Made by a program: the position numbers and the translations under genes. Positions 10,675-19,677 of a DNA stretch of 64,000 nt are shown piece after piece (position 1 is the first letter of the stretch; each line of letters begins with the position of its first letter). This DNA is from an uncultured cyanobacterium (GTDB lineage Bacteria; Cyanobacteriota; Cyanobacteriia; Phormidesmidales; Phormidesmidaceae). The notes beneath the pieces are model-generated. The model ran no database searches and was not told the DNA's origin. It was given only the letters and a program-made list of their open reading frames with translations. The stretch is from contig CAWBZI010000002.1 in the NCBI GenBank assembly GCA_963793265.1, positions 736,001 to 800,000 of the forward strand, read 5' to 3'.

Positions 10675-10739
10675 GCTAGATTTTTAATTGGGGCGCTGCC
10701 TAGCCAGCTTACGAATGCTGGCGTTATTTCAGCTAATTT

Positions 10740-10946
10740 ATGATGAGAATAATAGAAAAACGTTTGCGGCGATCGCTAAAATCTATTGCACTCGTTCTAA
10801 CCCTCATCTACCTTACAACCGGACTATTTCTTTTACTCCGCCAGCGCCACCTTATCTACCGTCCCACTTCTCATCTCTCACTATTACCCAGTGCTTCAGA
10901 CTTTGACATGCCTTATGCGGACGTGAACATCAGAATGGTGCCGTGA
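10740..10946 (+). pseudogene. N-terminal fragment of a membrane-anchored alpha/beta hydrolase
   Basis: TM helix then QRHLIYRP...P..F..PY.DV, resembling the start of BEM46/ABHD13-like hydrolases; stops after 68 aa, 8 bp before a convergent gene. Confidence 0.55.
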
Positions 10947-10954
10947 TAAATAGG

Positions 10955-11338
10955 CTACTGAGCGCTTTCAGGACTTGGTTTTGCTGCTTTCATCACTTCC
11001 GAAAAGGCAGGTGCACCGATAAAAAATACATACAGAGCGCCTTTAACAACCGCAAGTAGCGTATTGTCAGGCAGCTTTTCAGTGAGTAACGTGCTCGGTT
11101 GGCTCTGTGGGTTGTTTTTTAGGCGCTGTCGGTAGCGGAAGATGAGGAATGCAGCGATTAGTCCTTCTACCACGTGAATGAGAAGGACAGTTAGAGTGAT
11201 GGGAATTGCGGACTGTAAAAAAGGCGGTACTGGCGCAATTGCGTTCCATAGCTGTAGAGCGATCGCGCTAAAAATCAGCAGCGTCAACCCTATTTTGATT
11301 CGCTTATCCCATACCGAGCTATTCGTTTGGTCAATCAT
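10955..11338 (-). CDS. Hypothetical membrane protein
   Basis: Three hydrophobic segments (LIHVVEGLIAA; GALYVFFIG); ATG at 11338. Confidence 0.7.
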   Translation of the reverse strand: MIDQTNSSVWDKRIKIGLTLLIFSAIALQLWNAIAPVPPFLQSAIPITLTVLLIHVVEGLIAAFLIFRYRQRLKNNPQSQPSTLLTEKLPDNTLLAVVKGALYVFFIGAPAFSEVMKAAKPSPESAQ

Positions 11339-11446
11339 CGTCTTCTCTTGAGCAACCGTCGCTCTTACGCTATCACGCACGGTAAAATCCAGCGCGGGAC
11401 AATAATATAGCGATATATTAAAAGTCATTTACCCTCGTAATTAACT

Positions 11447-13066
11447 GTGGTCAGTCAATCCCTATCACCCGGTTCGCTCACACAACCTCTGCCGCCAAAT
11501 AGCGTGGTGTGGGGTAAACAGCGCGAAGGCGAAGCGCTTAAGCAGATGCAAAAAGAGGCTTGGGCAGGTGCGTTTCGCTCACAGCTACAAGAATTTGACT
11601 ACGAAATTACAGAGATTGAAGGTACCTTACCCGAAGGGCTAAAAGGATCTACGCTCTTTCGTAACGGCCCTGGACGATTCGAGCGTGGCGATCAGCGCGT
11701 GGCCCACTATCTAGATGGCGACGGCTATCTTTCAAAAATTGGCTTTTCGCCCACGGGCAAAGTCTACTTTTCTTCTAAGTTTGTAAAAACCGCAGAGCAT
11801 CAACAAGAAGAAGCCGATAACGCTTTTGGCTTTCGCACAACCTTTGGTAATGCTAAGCCTGGTGGGCCTTTAGCTGCCCTGCTAGATCTCTATCTTAAAA
11901 ATCCTGCCAATACTCATGTTGTGCCCTGGGGCGGCAAGCTTCTGGCACTGTATGAGGCAGGTGCGCCCTATCGGATTGACCCACACTCTCTAGAGACTTT
12001 AGGACTAGAAAATTTAGAAGGCGGCTTGAACCCTCATCCATTGCCAGGCTCCAAGCTGAATGCACTTAAGCGTCGGAGCGCAGGTCAGCAGGCCATGACC
12101 GCGCATCCTCATGTTGATCCGGAGCGTGATCGCCTCGTCACCTGGACATGGGGCATGAACATGAACATTGGTAAACCTAACGAGCTAGTCATTGAGCTAA
12201 TTGAGTACGACGCTCACTGGCAAGCCGTCAGCCGCATGACCTACAAAATGCCAGGAGCTGCCGTTAATCCGCATGACTTTGCGCTCACCCAAAACTACTA
12301 CGTCTTCTTTGAAAACGCGCTGAGCTTCGATATTACACCTTTCCTATTAGGGAAAAAGTCTCCTGCCGACTGTCTCAATCTGTTACCCAAGCCCACCAAA
12401 GTTCACCTGATTCCAAGACCTGATGGTGCCATGGCAAGCACTGAGCCTACTGTATTAGAAACTGAGCAGTGGTTTTCAATTCATCAAGCTTGCGCGAGCG
12501 AGCGGGAAGATGGCAGTGTTGAAGTGTATAGCTCAGGTTGGCCAAAGAGTGAAGGTGGATTTTTGACAAGCTGGGGTGGGTATGCGCCTGACTTTGATGC
12601 GATCGCCCCCACATACCTCTGGCAAACCATCATCAATCCCAACCAACAAAGTGTCATTCACCGCATCGCCCCCGGCACAGAAGGCTACTGCATCGCCCAT
12701 CCACACACAAATCCAAACAAAGAGACACTACCCAGCCGCTACCTTTACATGCCGTACTGCAACAACATCGGAGAATCCTCCCCGCCCATCGGCTACCTGA
12801 AATTAGATACACAGACTCAAGAACAACAGCTTTGGACAGGCCATCCCCTTTGCTTTGCCGAAGAACCCGTCTTCGTACCTAATTCCCAAGGAAACAAAGA
12901 AGACGATGGATGGCTACTCGGGCTAATGTACGACCACCTTAGAGAGCGTTCTTCTCTCGCTATCTTCGATACCACAAACATCAGCGCAGGCCCCATCTGT
13001 CGCCTATGGTTCACCCATCACCTAGCCCACGGCCTACACGGATCATGGTCGAGCCAGTACACATAG
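11447..13066 (+). CDS. Carotenoid oxygenase (RPE65/CCD family)
   Basis: FRNGPG, DGDG, four Fe-ligand His (AHPH, HDF, IHQ, HGLHG), EEPVFVP, EDDGWLL. Confidence 0.92.
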   Translation: MVSQSLSPGSLTQPLPPNSVVWGKQREGEALKQMQKEAWAGAFRSQLQEFDYEITEIEGTLPEGLKGSTLFRNGPGRFERGDQRVAHYLDGDGYLSKIGFSPTGKVYFSSKFVKTAEHQQEEADNAFGFRTTFGNAKPGGPLAALLDLYLKNPANTHVVPWGGKLLALYEAGAPYRIDPHSLETLGLENLEGGLNPHPLPGSKLNALKRRSAGQQAMTAHPHVDPERDRLVTWTWGMNMNIGKPNELVIELIEYDAHWQAVSRMTYKMPGAAVNPHDFALTQNYYVFFENALSFDITPFLLGKKSPADCLNLLPKPTKVHLIPRPDGAMASTEPTVLETEQWFSIHQACASEREDGSVEVYSSGWPKSEGGFLTSWGGYAPDFDAIAPTYLWQTIINPNQQSVIHRIAPGTEGYCIAHPHTNPNKETLPSRYLYMPYCNNIGESSPPIGYLKLDTQTQEQQLWTGHPLCFAEEPVFVPNSQGNKEDDGWLLGLMYDHLRERSSLAIFDTTNISAGPICRLWFTHHLAHGLHGSWSSQYT

Positions 13067-13097
13067 GGAAAAGCAGAACTCTTCAGACGAACCTTTC

Positions 13098-13178
13098 GGG
13101 GGGTCTGGGGGAGGGTTCGGCCCCCAGGCAGCATTTAAAGAAATAAGCAGAGGAGGGGTGCAGGGGAGGAAATCCCCT
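13098..13178 (+). repeat. Two tandem G-rich REP-like hairpins
   Basis: GGGGGGTCTGGGGG-agggttcgg-CCCCCAG (13098-13127) and GGGGTGCAGGGG-aggaaat-CCCCT (13155-13178) between convergent genes. Confidence 0.6.
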
Positions 13179-13204
13179 AATCTTGACGCCTTGCGTTTTG
13201 CTTC

Positions 13205-13597
13205 TTACGACAGCTTCTCAACCAAATCAAACACTCTTCTCTCAATCTCATCCCGAATCTCAGGAAAAATCTCAGGCCGCTCCGCCGGATCATCCAACTC
13301 CCAATCATCAAAATAATCCCTCTTCACCCAAGCCTCCGGCAGACTAACCCCACACCCACACAACGAAACCACCGCATCAAAATCCTCAGCCCTAAAATCC
13401 GCCAACGCATCAGACGACTGAGGCGTAATATCAACCCCCACATCAGCCATCACCGCGATCGCCTCCGCCCTCACCGAACTCGCCTCCAGCCCCGAACTTA
13501 CCACCTCAATCTTCCCCGCCCCAATCCTTCGTGCAAACCCCTCCGCCATCTGCGATCGCGAAGAATTCTTCCTACACACAAACATCACCCTTTTCAC
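13205..13597 (-). CDS. arsC: Arsenate reductase, LMW-PTP fold, glutaredoxin-coupled cyanobacterial type
   Basis: MFVCRKNSSRSQMAEG (CX5R), SLCGCG, DWELDDP; GTG start at 13597. Confidence 0.88.
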   Translation of the reverse strand: MKRVMFVCRKNSSRSQMAEGFARRIGAGKIEVVSSGLEASSVRAEAIAVMADVGVDITPQSSDALADFRAEDFDAVVSLCGCGVSLPEAWVKRDYFDDWELDDPAERPEIFPEIRDEIERRVFDLVEKLS

Positions 13598-13718
13598 CAG
13601 CCAACCCAAAAAACAGCAACACAGCCATTACTCTAGCTTGTTTCACTTTTAGAAACCAGCCCAAACCCAGCCATAAAACCCCTTAGATTAGGCTTACTGT
13701 CACTCAGTCGCAGATAAA

Positions 13719-15152
13719 ATGCAAAACGCAACAGCAAAACTAATCTTGCTACCCCTATTGTTAGGCACCGCCATCAGCCTCAACAAAACCGTCCTCGCCC
13801 AATCGTGGGGCATCGAACCCAGCGAAAACACCGACACCAGCCAAATCTCACCATCCATTGGCCCCTCAACCGAGCCCGCCCCCTTGATCACAAATACCTC
13901 AGAATTCAGGCAATACGGCCAAATCATCGAACGCACCAAATCGATGATCCGCGACCCCGAAGCCCGCCGCCTCGCCGCCAGCCGCGACCTACAGATCATG
14001 GACATCACCTGGGAAGACACCGCCCGCTACGACAACTCCGCCGTCGGCCCCAACATCAGCGACATGACCATCCAAGTAGAACGCCGCGACCCAAGATCCG
14101 GCGACGCTAGCCTCCATCTCATGCCCGTTATCCGGTACCCCAACTTCACCGATACCACCGCCGACGTACCCATACAACAGCTCTCCCTCCTCACCGGCAA
14201 CGAGAAAGGAGAAACCCCACAGCCTATCCTACTTGCCGAATTCCTAGACAACCTGCGCGATCACCTCACCGAACCCGACTCCTGGAAAGGCCGCAAACAA
14301 TCCCTCCTAGCCGAACGCGACTCCCACGTACTCGTCAGCGCCCAAGCCGCCTTCCTCCCCATCCCCGAAAACGGTGAAGCCACCTTCAACCCCGTTTTAT
14401 TCAACTATCAGTCATACGCCGAAAATCCCGCCGTCCTCACCATTCTCGCCACCCGCGAAGGCACCAGCACCACCATCATCGACAACCAGCGCGACGGCTT
14501 CGACGCAGGCCGTACCTGGGGGCAGCGACTATTTTTCAACAAAAACGGCGATCGCGCCAGCCTCACCGGCAAACGCATCAGCGACTTTCGCACTGAGCAA
14601 ACAGGCGAAAGTACAACAGCCCTACCCCCGATAGAAGTTACTGAAGAGGACGGCCTAAATATGGTGATGTTAATTCAAGTCCCGCTTAAGCAAGAAGAGC
14701 GATCGCGCCAATCATTCGGGGCCATGAGCGAAGATATGGTCTTTGAATCTGCCGCCCCCATGGCCGCTAGAGCCGAAAGCAACGTAGAGGCGGCTGTGAT
14801 CGGTCATGGCCCCGTCGAAGGCCCCTTCACAGAGATCGACAACCTCGCCATCGAACGCGATCCTAACTTTCCTATTCGCGTCACCGTGCAGTTCTACAAA
14901 GCCACCAGCAACGGCATTGTTTCCGAACAAGACTTAGCCGAAATCGACGAACAAATCAAACGCATCTACGAAGATGCCGATTATGTGGGTAGCCTAGTCA
15001 CCGACGGGAGAAGCGACCGCCCAACCGAATACACAGGAAACCACGAACAGCCCGAAGACTGGTGGGAAGACTTTTGGCAAAAGAGTCAGAATCGATTGGA
15101 CTTATCCCGTGAAGACGCCCTCAATTTACTCAGACGACTAAGAGGAGAATAA
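13719..15152 (+). CDS. Secreted hypothetical protein
   Basis: 477 aa; Sec signal peptide ending VLA-Q; motif-like blocks ITWEDTARYDNSAVGPNISDMT, FNYQS, IRVTVQFY; followed by a terminator. Confidence 0.8.
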   Translation: MQNATAKLILLPLLLGTAISLNKTVLAQSWGIEPSENTDTSQISPSIGPSTEPAPLITNTSEFRQYGQIIERTKSMIRDPEARRLAASRDLQIMDITWEDTARYDNSAVGPNISDMTIQVERRDPRSGDASLHLMPVIRYPNFTDTTADVPIQQLSLLTGNEKGETPQPILLAEFLDNLRDHLTEPDSWKGRKQSLLAERDSHVLVSAQAAFLPIPENGEATFNPVLFNYQSYAENPAVLTILATREGTSTTIIDNQRDGFDAGRTWGQRLFFNKNGDRASLTGKRISDFRTEQTGESTTALPPIEVTEEDGLNMVMLIQVPLKQEERSRQSFGAMSEDMVFESAAPMAARAESNVEAAVIGHGPVEGPFTEIDNLAIERDPNFPIRVTVQFYKATSNGIVSEQDLAEIDEQIKRIYEDADYVGSLVTDGRSDRPTEYTGNHEQPEDWWEDFWQKSQNRLDLSREDALNLLRRLRGE

Positions 15153-15172
15153 GAAGTAGTTTTACAGCGCAA

Positions 15173-15211
15173 AAAAGCGCGCCTTGGAAAAAATCAGACA
15201 GGCGCGCTTTT
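15173..15211 (+). terminator. Intrinsic terminator
   Basis: AAAAGCGCGCCT / AGGCGCGCTTTT. Confidence 0.7.
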
Positions 15212-15399
15212 CACAGTGATCTACAACAACACTAGCCTGTGAGTTGATAGAGTAGCGCAATAGCCCATTTACGACAGCAGTCCCCATCAAAATTCACACG
15301 TCTGTAAACTTACAATAAATTATCAGTAAATTCCCGGATCTCAGAAAATCGTTGTTACGTCGAAACGTAGTATTGAGGCGCTAAAACAACAACTGCCTC

Positions 15400-18042
15400 A
15401 TGCCTAACGATGCTCTCAGCGCTCCCCTTAGAGCAAATCTCGCCCTAGAAACAACTGACACGCCTTTCATCAACAGTCTCTCAATCACCGATCAAACAAG
15501 CACATATATTGGGCAGAGTGACGCTTCAAACATAGCCAATGCAACCGTTCTAGAAGCTGAAAGACTGATTGCGTCGGAGGCGATCGCACCCATCCCAGCC
15601 TCAGCCCCCAGCCGGGACATCACCGGCAACACGAACCCCGTTTACCGCTACGACAACAAAGACTACTTGCTCACCAGCGGCCTCAAAACCTGGAGCGCCG
15701 CACAGGCCGAAGCAGAAGCACTCGGCGGTAATTTAGTTGCCATCAATGACGCCGCAGAAGAAGCCTGGTTGCAAGAGGTTTTTGGACAGCAAGGGCTTTG
15801 GATAGGGATTAGCGATCGCGCTCAAGAAGGCAGCTTCACCTGGGCCAGCGGTGAAGCCGTTACCTACACCAACTGGGCACCGGGCGAACCCAACGATCAG
15901 CAGGGCAATCAAGACTACGGCTGGATGAACTTCGGAGCCACACAGCAGTGGGACGACAACCACGCCAGCACCATCATGCCAGGCATCATCGAAATTCAGC
16001 GGCCCGCTACCACAGTAACAAACCCCGGCAACATCAGTATCAAGAACAGCAACATCCGCATCGACGAAGACAACGATTCTGTTGAAATCACAGTCCTCCG
16101 CAGCCAGGGCACAGAAGGCACCCTCACCGTTGACTACCGCACCATCGCAGGCACCGCCACCCTCGACGCCGACTACCAGCCGCAAACCGGCACCCTTACC
16201 TTCGCCCCCGGCGAAACCGAAAAATCCGCCTTCATTCCCCTCCTAGCAGATAGTCTTATAGAAGGTGAAGAACAGTTCGCCTTTGCCATCGACAACGTTA
16301 CCGGCGGCGGCACCCTCCTCGCCCCTCGCACCGCCCAAATCACCCTTCTAGACAACGACACCCCAGTCATCTACGAATTTCGCGGCAACACCTATCGGCT
16401 CACCAACAGCGCTAAAAACTGGGGCCAGTCTCAAGCACAGGCTCTACAGCTCGGCGGCAATCTGGTTACCCTCAACAGCGTCGAAGAAGAACAATGGATC
16501 AAACAAACCTTCGGTGACAGCGAAGACTTTTGGATAGGTCTTAACGACCAGCAGCGCGAAGGCAGCTTTGAATGGGCCAGCGGTCAACAGCTCACCTACA
16601 CCAACTGGACACCCGGCGAACCGAATAACCAACAGGGCAACCAGGACTACGCCAGAATGAACTTTGGCAAAGGCTTAGGCAACGGCCAGTGGGACGATAG
16701 CTTCGCCACCGCAGCCTACCGAGGCATTATCGAAATTGGTGGAGACAATACGCCTCCTCAGCCTATCAGCGACACACCGCCCGATGTAGCGCCTACTGCA
16801 ACCACAGTCATCGACGGCCTCAATCTGCCTACCGCGATTGAATGGACACCAGACGGCGACAAAATGTTCATCGCAGAGAAAAACGGTGTCGTCAGAGTCT
16901 ACGAAAACAATCAAATCCTTGACAGTCCATTCATCGACATTTCTCCTCAAGTCAACGAAATCCGGGGTCTACTCGACATTGCCATCCACCCCGACTTTGA
17001 CAACAACCCCTACGTCTACCTACTCTACGCCTACGATCCACCAGACACATTCGCCTTTGACGGCCTTGCAGGCCCCGACGGGTCTGGTAATCGCGCCGCC
17101 CGCCTCACCCGAGTAACCGCCGACGCTGCAACAAACTTCCGCACCGCAGTTCCCGGCAGCGAAGTCATCTTACTCGGCAAAAACAGCACCTGGAAAAACT
17201 TCAACGCCTTCGTAGATAGCACTATAGATCTTGACGAACCCCCTGCTGGCATTTTGCCAGATGGCACTAACCTACAAGATTTTCTCAACGCCGACAGCGA
17301 ATCTCATACCATCGGCTCCGTTGAATTCGGCCTAGATGGCTCTCTCTTTGTCAGCAACGGCGACGGCACCTCCTACAACCAGCTCGACGCCCGCACCACC
17401 CGAGTACAAGACATCGACAATCTCTCCGGCAAAATCCTACGGGTAGATCCGCTCACAGGCGAAGGACTCACCGACAATCCCTTCTACAATGGTGACCCCG
17501 ACGCCAACCGCTCCAAGGTATATCAGCTAGGTCTGCGCAATCCCTTCCGATTCTCTATTCACCCCGAAACCGGCGCACCTGTTATTGGTGACGTAGGCTG
17601 GACAAACTGGGAAGAGGTTAATATTGGCGAGGCAGGCGCTAACTTCGGCTGGCCCTATTACGAAGGCGGCAACGGCGTTAGTATCCAAACAACAGAATAT
17701 CAAGCGCTTCCCGAAGCTCAAGCTTTCTACAACAGCAACGCACCTGTCACGGCTTCTTTCTTAGGACTCAATCATGCGAGTGATGGTATTGACGCGATTG
17801 TAATGGGTGACGTTTATGATGGCGACGCCTACCCTGACCAGTATCGAGGCGACATTTTCCTCAACCATCTCGGTCGTGGCCTCGTACGCAACATCAGTCT
17901 GGATAGTAATGGCAACATTACTGACGTAGGCACCTTTGCTACAGGCGCGAATCTTGTTGTACAAATCAAAACTGGCCCTGATGGCACACTCTATTTCGTA
18001 GACTTAGATGACGGTACTGTTGGTCGGTGGACTTTTGACTAA
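15400..18042 (+). CDS. C-type lectin - Calx-beta - C-type lectin - glucose/sorbosone dehydrogenase-like beta-propeller protein
   Basis: Two CTL domains (WIG...YTNW.PGEPN...QWDD); Calx-beta (TVDYRT..GTA...DY....GTLTFAPGETEK); GSDH motifs (GKILRVDP, GLRNPFR, DVGW, GANFGWP). Confidence 0.85.
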   Translation: MPNDALSAPLRANLALETTDTPFINSLSITDQTSTYIGQSDASNIANATVLEAERLIASEAIAPIPASAPSRDITGNTNPVYRYDNKDYLLTSGLKTWSAAQAEAEALGGNLVAINDAAEEAWLQEVFGQQGLWIGISDRAQEGSFTWASGEAVTYTNWAPGEPNDQQGNQDYGWMNFGATQQWDDNHASTIMPGIIEIQRPATTVTNPGNISIKNSNIRIDEDNDSVEITVLRSQGTEGTLTVDYRTIAGTATLDADYQPQTGTLTFAPGETEKSAFIPLLADSLIEGEEQFAFAIDNVTGGGTLLAPRTAQITLLDNDTPVIYEFRGNTYRLTNSAKNWGQSQAQALQLGGNLVTLNSVEEEQWIKQTFGDSEDFWIGLNDQQREGSFEWASGQQLTYTNWTPGEPNNQQGNQDYARMNFGKGLGNGQWDDSFATAAYRGIIEIGGDNTPPQPISDTPPDVAPTATTVIDGLNLPTAIEWTPDGDKMFIAEKNGVVRVYENNQILDSPFIDISPQVNEIRGLLDIAIHPDFDNNPYVYLLYAYDPPDTFAFDGLAGPDGSGNRAARLTRVTADAATNFRTAVPGSEVILLGKNSTWKNFNAFVDSTIDLDEPPAGILPDGTNLQDFLNADSESHTIGSVEFGLDGSLFVSNGDGTSYNQLDARTTRVQDIDNLSGKILRVDPLTGEGLTDNPFYNGDPDANRSKVYQLGLRNPFRFSIHPETGAPVIGDVGWTNWEEVNIGEAGANFGWPYYEGGNGVSIQTTEYQALPEAQAFYNSNAPVTASFLGLNHASDGIDAIVMGDVYDGDAYPDQYRGDIFLNHLGRGLVRNISLDSNGNITDVGTFATGANLVVQIKTGPDGTLYFVDLDDGTVGRWTFD

Positions 18043-18190
18043 ATGAGATTCCTTTCAGCGACCGACATTAACTCAAGTGGCTGAGAGCGATCGCCCACCT
18101 CCATCTATGCATTTGCAGACTATTTCGGCCCTTCATGGTGGATACTGTTGAAGGGCTATAAGATAGAGCTAAGTTGATGCGTACCGAACT

Positions 18191-18775
18191 ATGACTGTCG
18201 CAACCCAAAAGTTAACGTTCAAAGAATACCTAACTTATACAGATGGCACTGATACACGTTACGAACTTGTTGACGGGGAATTAGTCGCCATGGGCATTGG
18301 TAGCGGTTTGCACGGCGCTATTCTAAAATTTTTAGAAAAACTATTCGATGCTGAGATCGCGCGGCTCGGTTTGGAGCTTGTCGCTCTACAGGCGGCGGTC
18401 GGTGTCAGGTCACCCCGTAGCGGACGCTGGGACACAAGCCGTATTCCCGATGTCAGTGTAATTGCAGCAAGTCAATGGCAAAATCTACGGCTAAAAGAGG
18501 CCGTTATAGAACTCAATGAGCCACCGCCAAAGTTAGTTGTTGAGGTTGTTAGCCCAAGTACTTGCAGCGCAGACTACCGAGCAAAGCGCGCGGAATATAC
18601 GGTACTAGGCATTGAGGAATATTGGATTGTTGATATAGGTAGCGCAAAGGTTACTGTACTGACGCTAGTGGATGACTGGTACGAAGCGGTAGAGTACAAA
18701 GAGGATATGCTGATTGAATCTGAACTATTTTCTGAGCTAAAAGTATGTGCTTCTCAGATTTTAGAAGGTAGATAG
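18191..18775 (+). CDS. Uma2 family endonuclease
   Basis: RYELVDGEL, PDVSV, LVVEVVSPS, GIEEYWIVD. Confidence 0.92.
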   Translation: MTVATQKLTFKEYLTYTDGTDTRYELVDGELVAMGIGSGLHGAILKFLEKLFDAEIARLGLELVALQAAVGVRSPRSGRWDTSRIPDVSVIAASQWQNLRLKEAVIELNEPPPKLVVEVVSPSTCSADYRAKRAEYTVLGIEEYWIVDIGSAKVTVLTLVDDWYEAVEYKEDMLIESELFSELKVCASQILEGR

Positions 18776-18812
18776 TAAGCTTACATAACGTGCAGGATGA
18801 AGAGAACGGACG

Positions 18813-19043
18813 ATGAGCATTGATGATGCAGCTATAGAGACAATGCAGACTTTGCCACCTGAAGGAAAGCAACAGCTCTTAGAGTATGCTCGGTCGTTGC
18901 AACAGCAGATGGTAGCCGCGCAGGGTTCTTATGAAAAGATTAATCTGCGATCGCATCCCGCTTTTGGGCTATGGAAAGACAGAGAAGACCTGAATAACAG
19001 GAAGAGATGGCGAGAACAGATAATGAATGATACATCAAGCTAA
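18813..19043 (+). CDS. Small antitoxin-like protein (DUF2281-like), no adjacent cognate toxin
   Basis: LPPE.KQQLLEYARSL N-terminus and HPAFGLWKDRED segment resemble antitoxins usually paired with PIN toxins. Confidence 0.55.
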   Translation: MSIDDAAIETMQTLPPEGKQQLLEYARSLQQQMVAAQGSYEKINLRSHPAFGLWKDREDLNNRKRWREQIMNDTSS

Positions 19044-19114
19044 TGCCTTGAAGTTTTCAGAACATGGCAAAGCGAGCCTATCAAAATAGAAGAATCTTTG
19101 GAAGCGATTGAGTT

Positions 19115-19339
19115 ATGTCAAACTTATTGGAACGCATCACAATTAATCCTAAGCAGTGTGGCGGTCGCCCTTGCATTCGAGGAATGAGAATTCGCGTTAC
19201 TGACGTACTAGACCTCTTTGCGGCAGGGCTAAGTGCTGAAGATATTCTAGAAGACTTACCAGATCTAGAGATGGATGACCTAAAAGCGTCTCTGACATAC
19301 GCATCCCATCGACTAGATCATCCAAGATTAGTAGCGTGA
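19115..19339 (+). CDS. DUF433 antitoxin
   Basis: RITINPKQCGGRPCIRGMRIRV signature. Confidence 0.92.
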   Translation: MSNLLERITINPKQCGGRPCIRGMRIRVTDVLDLFAAGLSAEDILEDLPDLEMDDLKASLTYASHRLDHPRLVA

Positions 19340-19677
19340 TAACTGTCTGGATAGATGCCCACTTATCGCCAGCAATAGCCACCTGGATCACAAGCACTTT
19401 TGAATTAACAGCGTTCGCACTGCGCGACCTAGCCCTTAGAGATGCTGAAGACCTAGAGATTTTTAAGGCGGCCAAGGCTCAAAACGTGATTCTTCTCACA
19501 AAAGACAGCGATTTTGTGGATTTGGTTGGAAGATTAGGATCACCGCCAAAAATCATATGGCTTACCTGTGGCAATACATCTAACAAAAGGCTCAGAGAAA
19601 TTTTAAAGTCGGCTCTACCAGAAGCCATAGAACTTCTTCAATCTGGCGAAGCACTCGTCGAAATTAGCGGAGTCTAA
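19336..19677 (+). CDS. DUF5615 PIN-like toxin
   Basis: WIDAHLSP, DAEDLEIF, LTKDSDF, WLTCGN; 4-bp overlap with the DUF433 gene. Confidence 0.9.
   Translation: MITVWIDAHLSPAIATWITSTFELTAFALRDLALRDAEDLEIFKAAKAQNVILLTKDSDFVDLVGRLGSPPKIIWLTCGNTSNKRLREILKSALPEAIELLQSGEALVEISGV

Noticed and set aside
13550..13580. ArsC CRKNSSR lacking the second P-loop Cys, as a sign of inactivation
   Set aside because: The catalytic CX5R and the CGC pair are intact, so there is no evidence of loss of function
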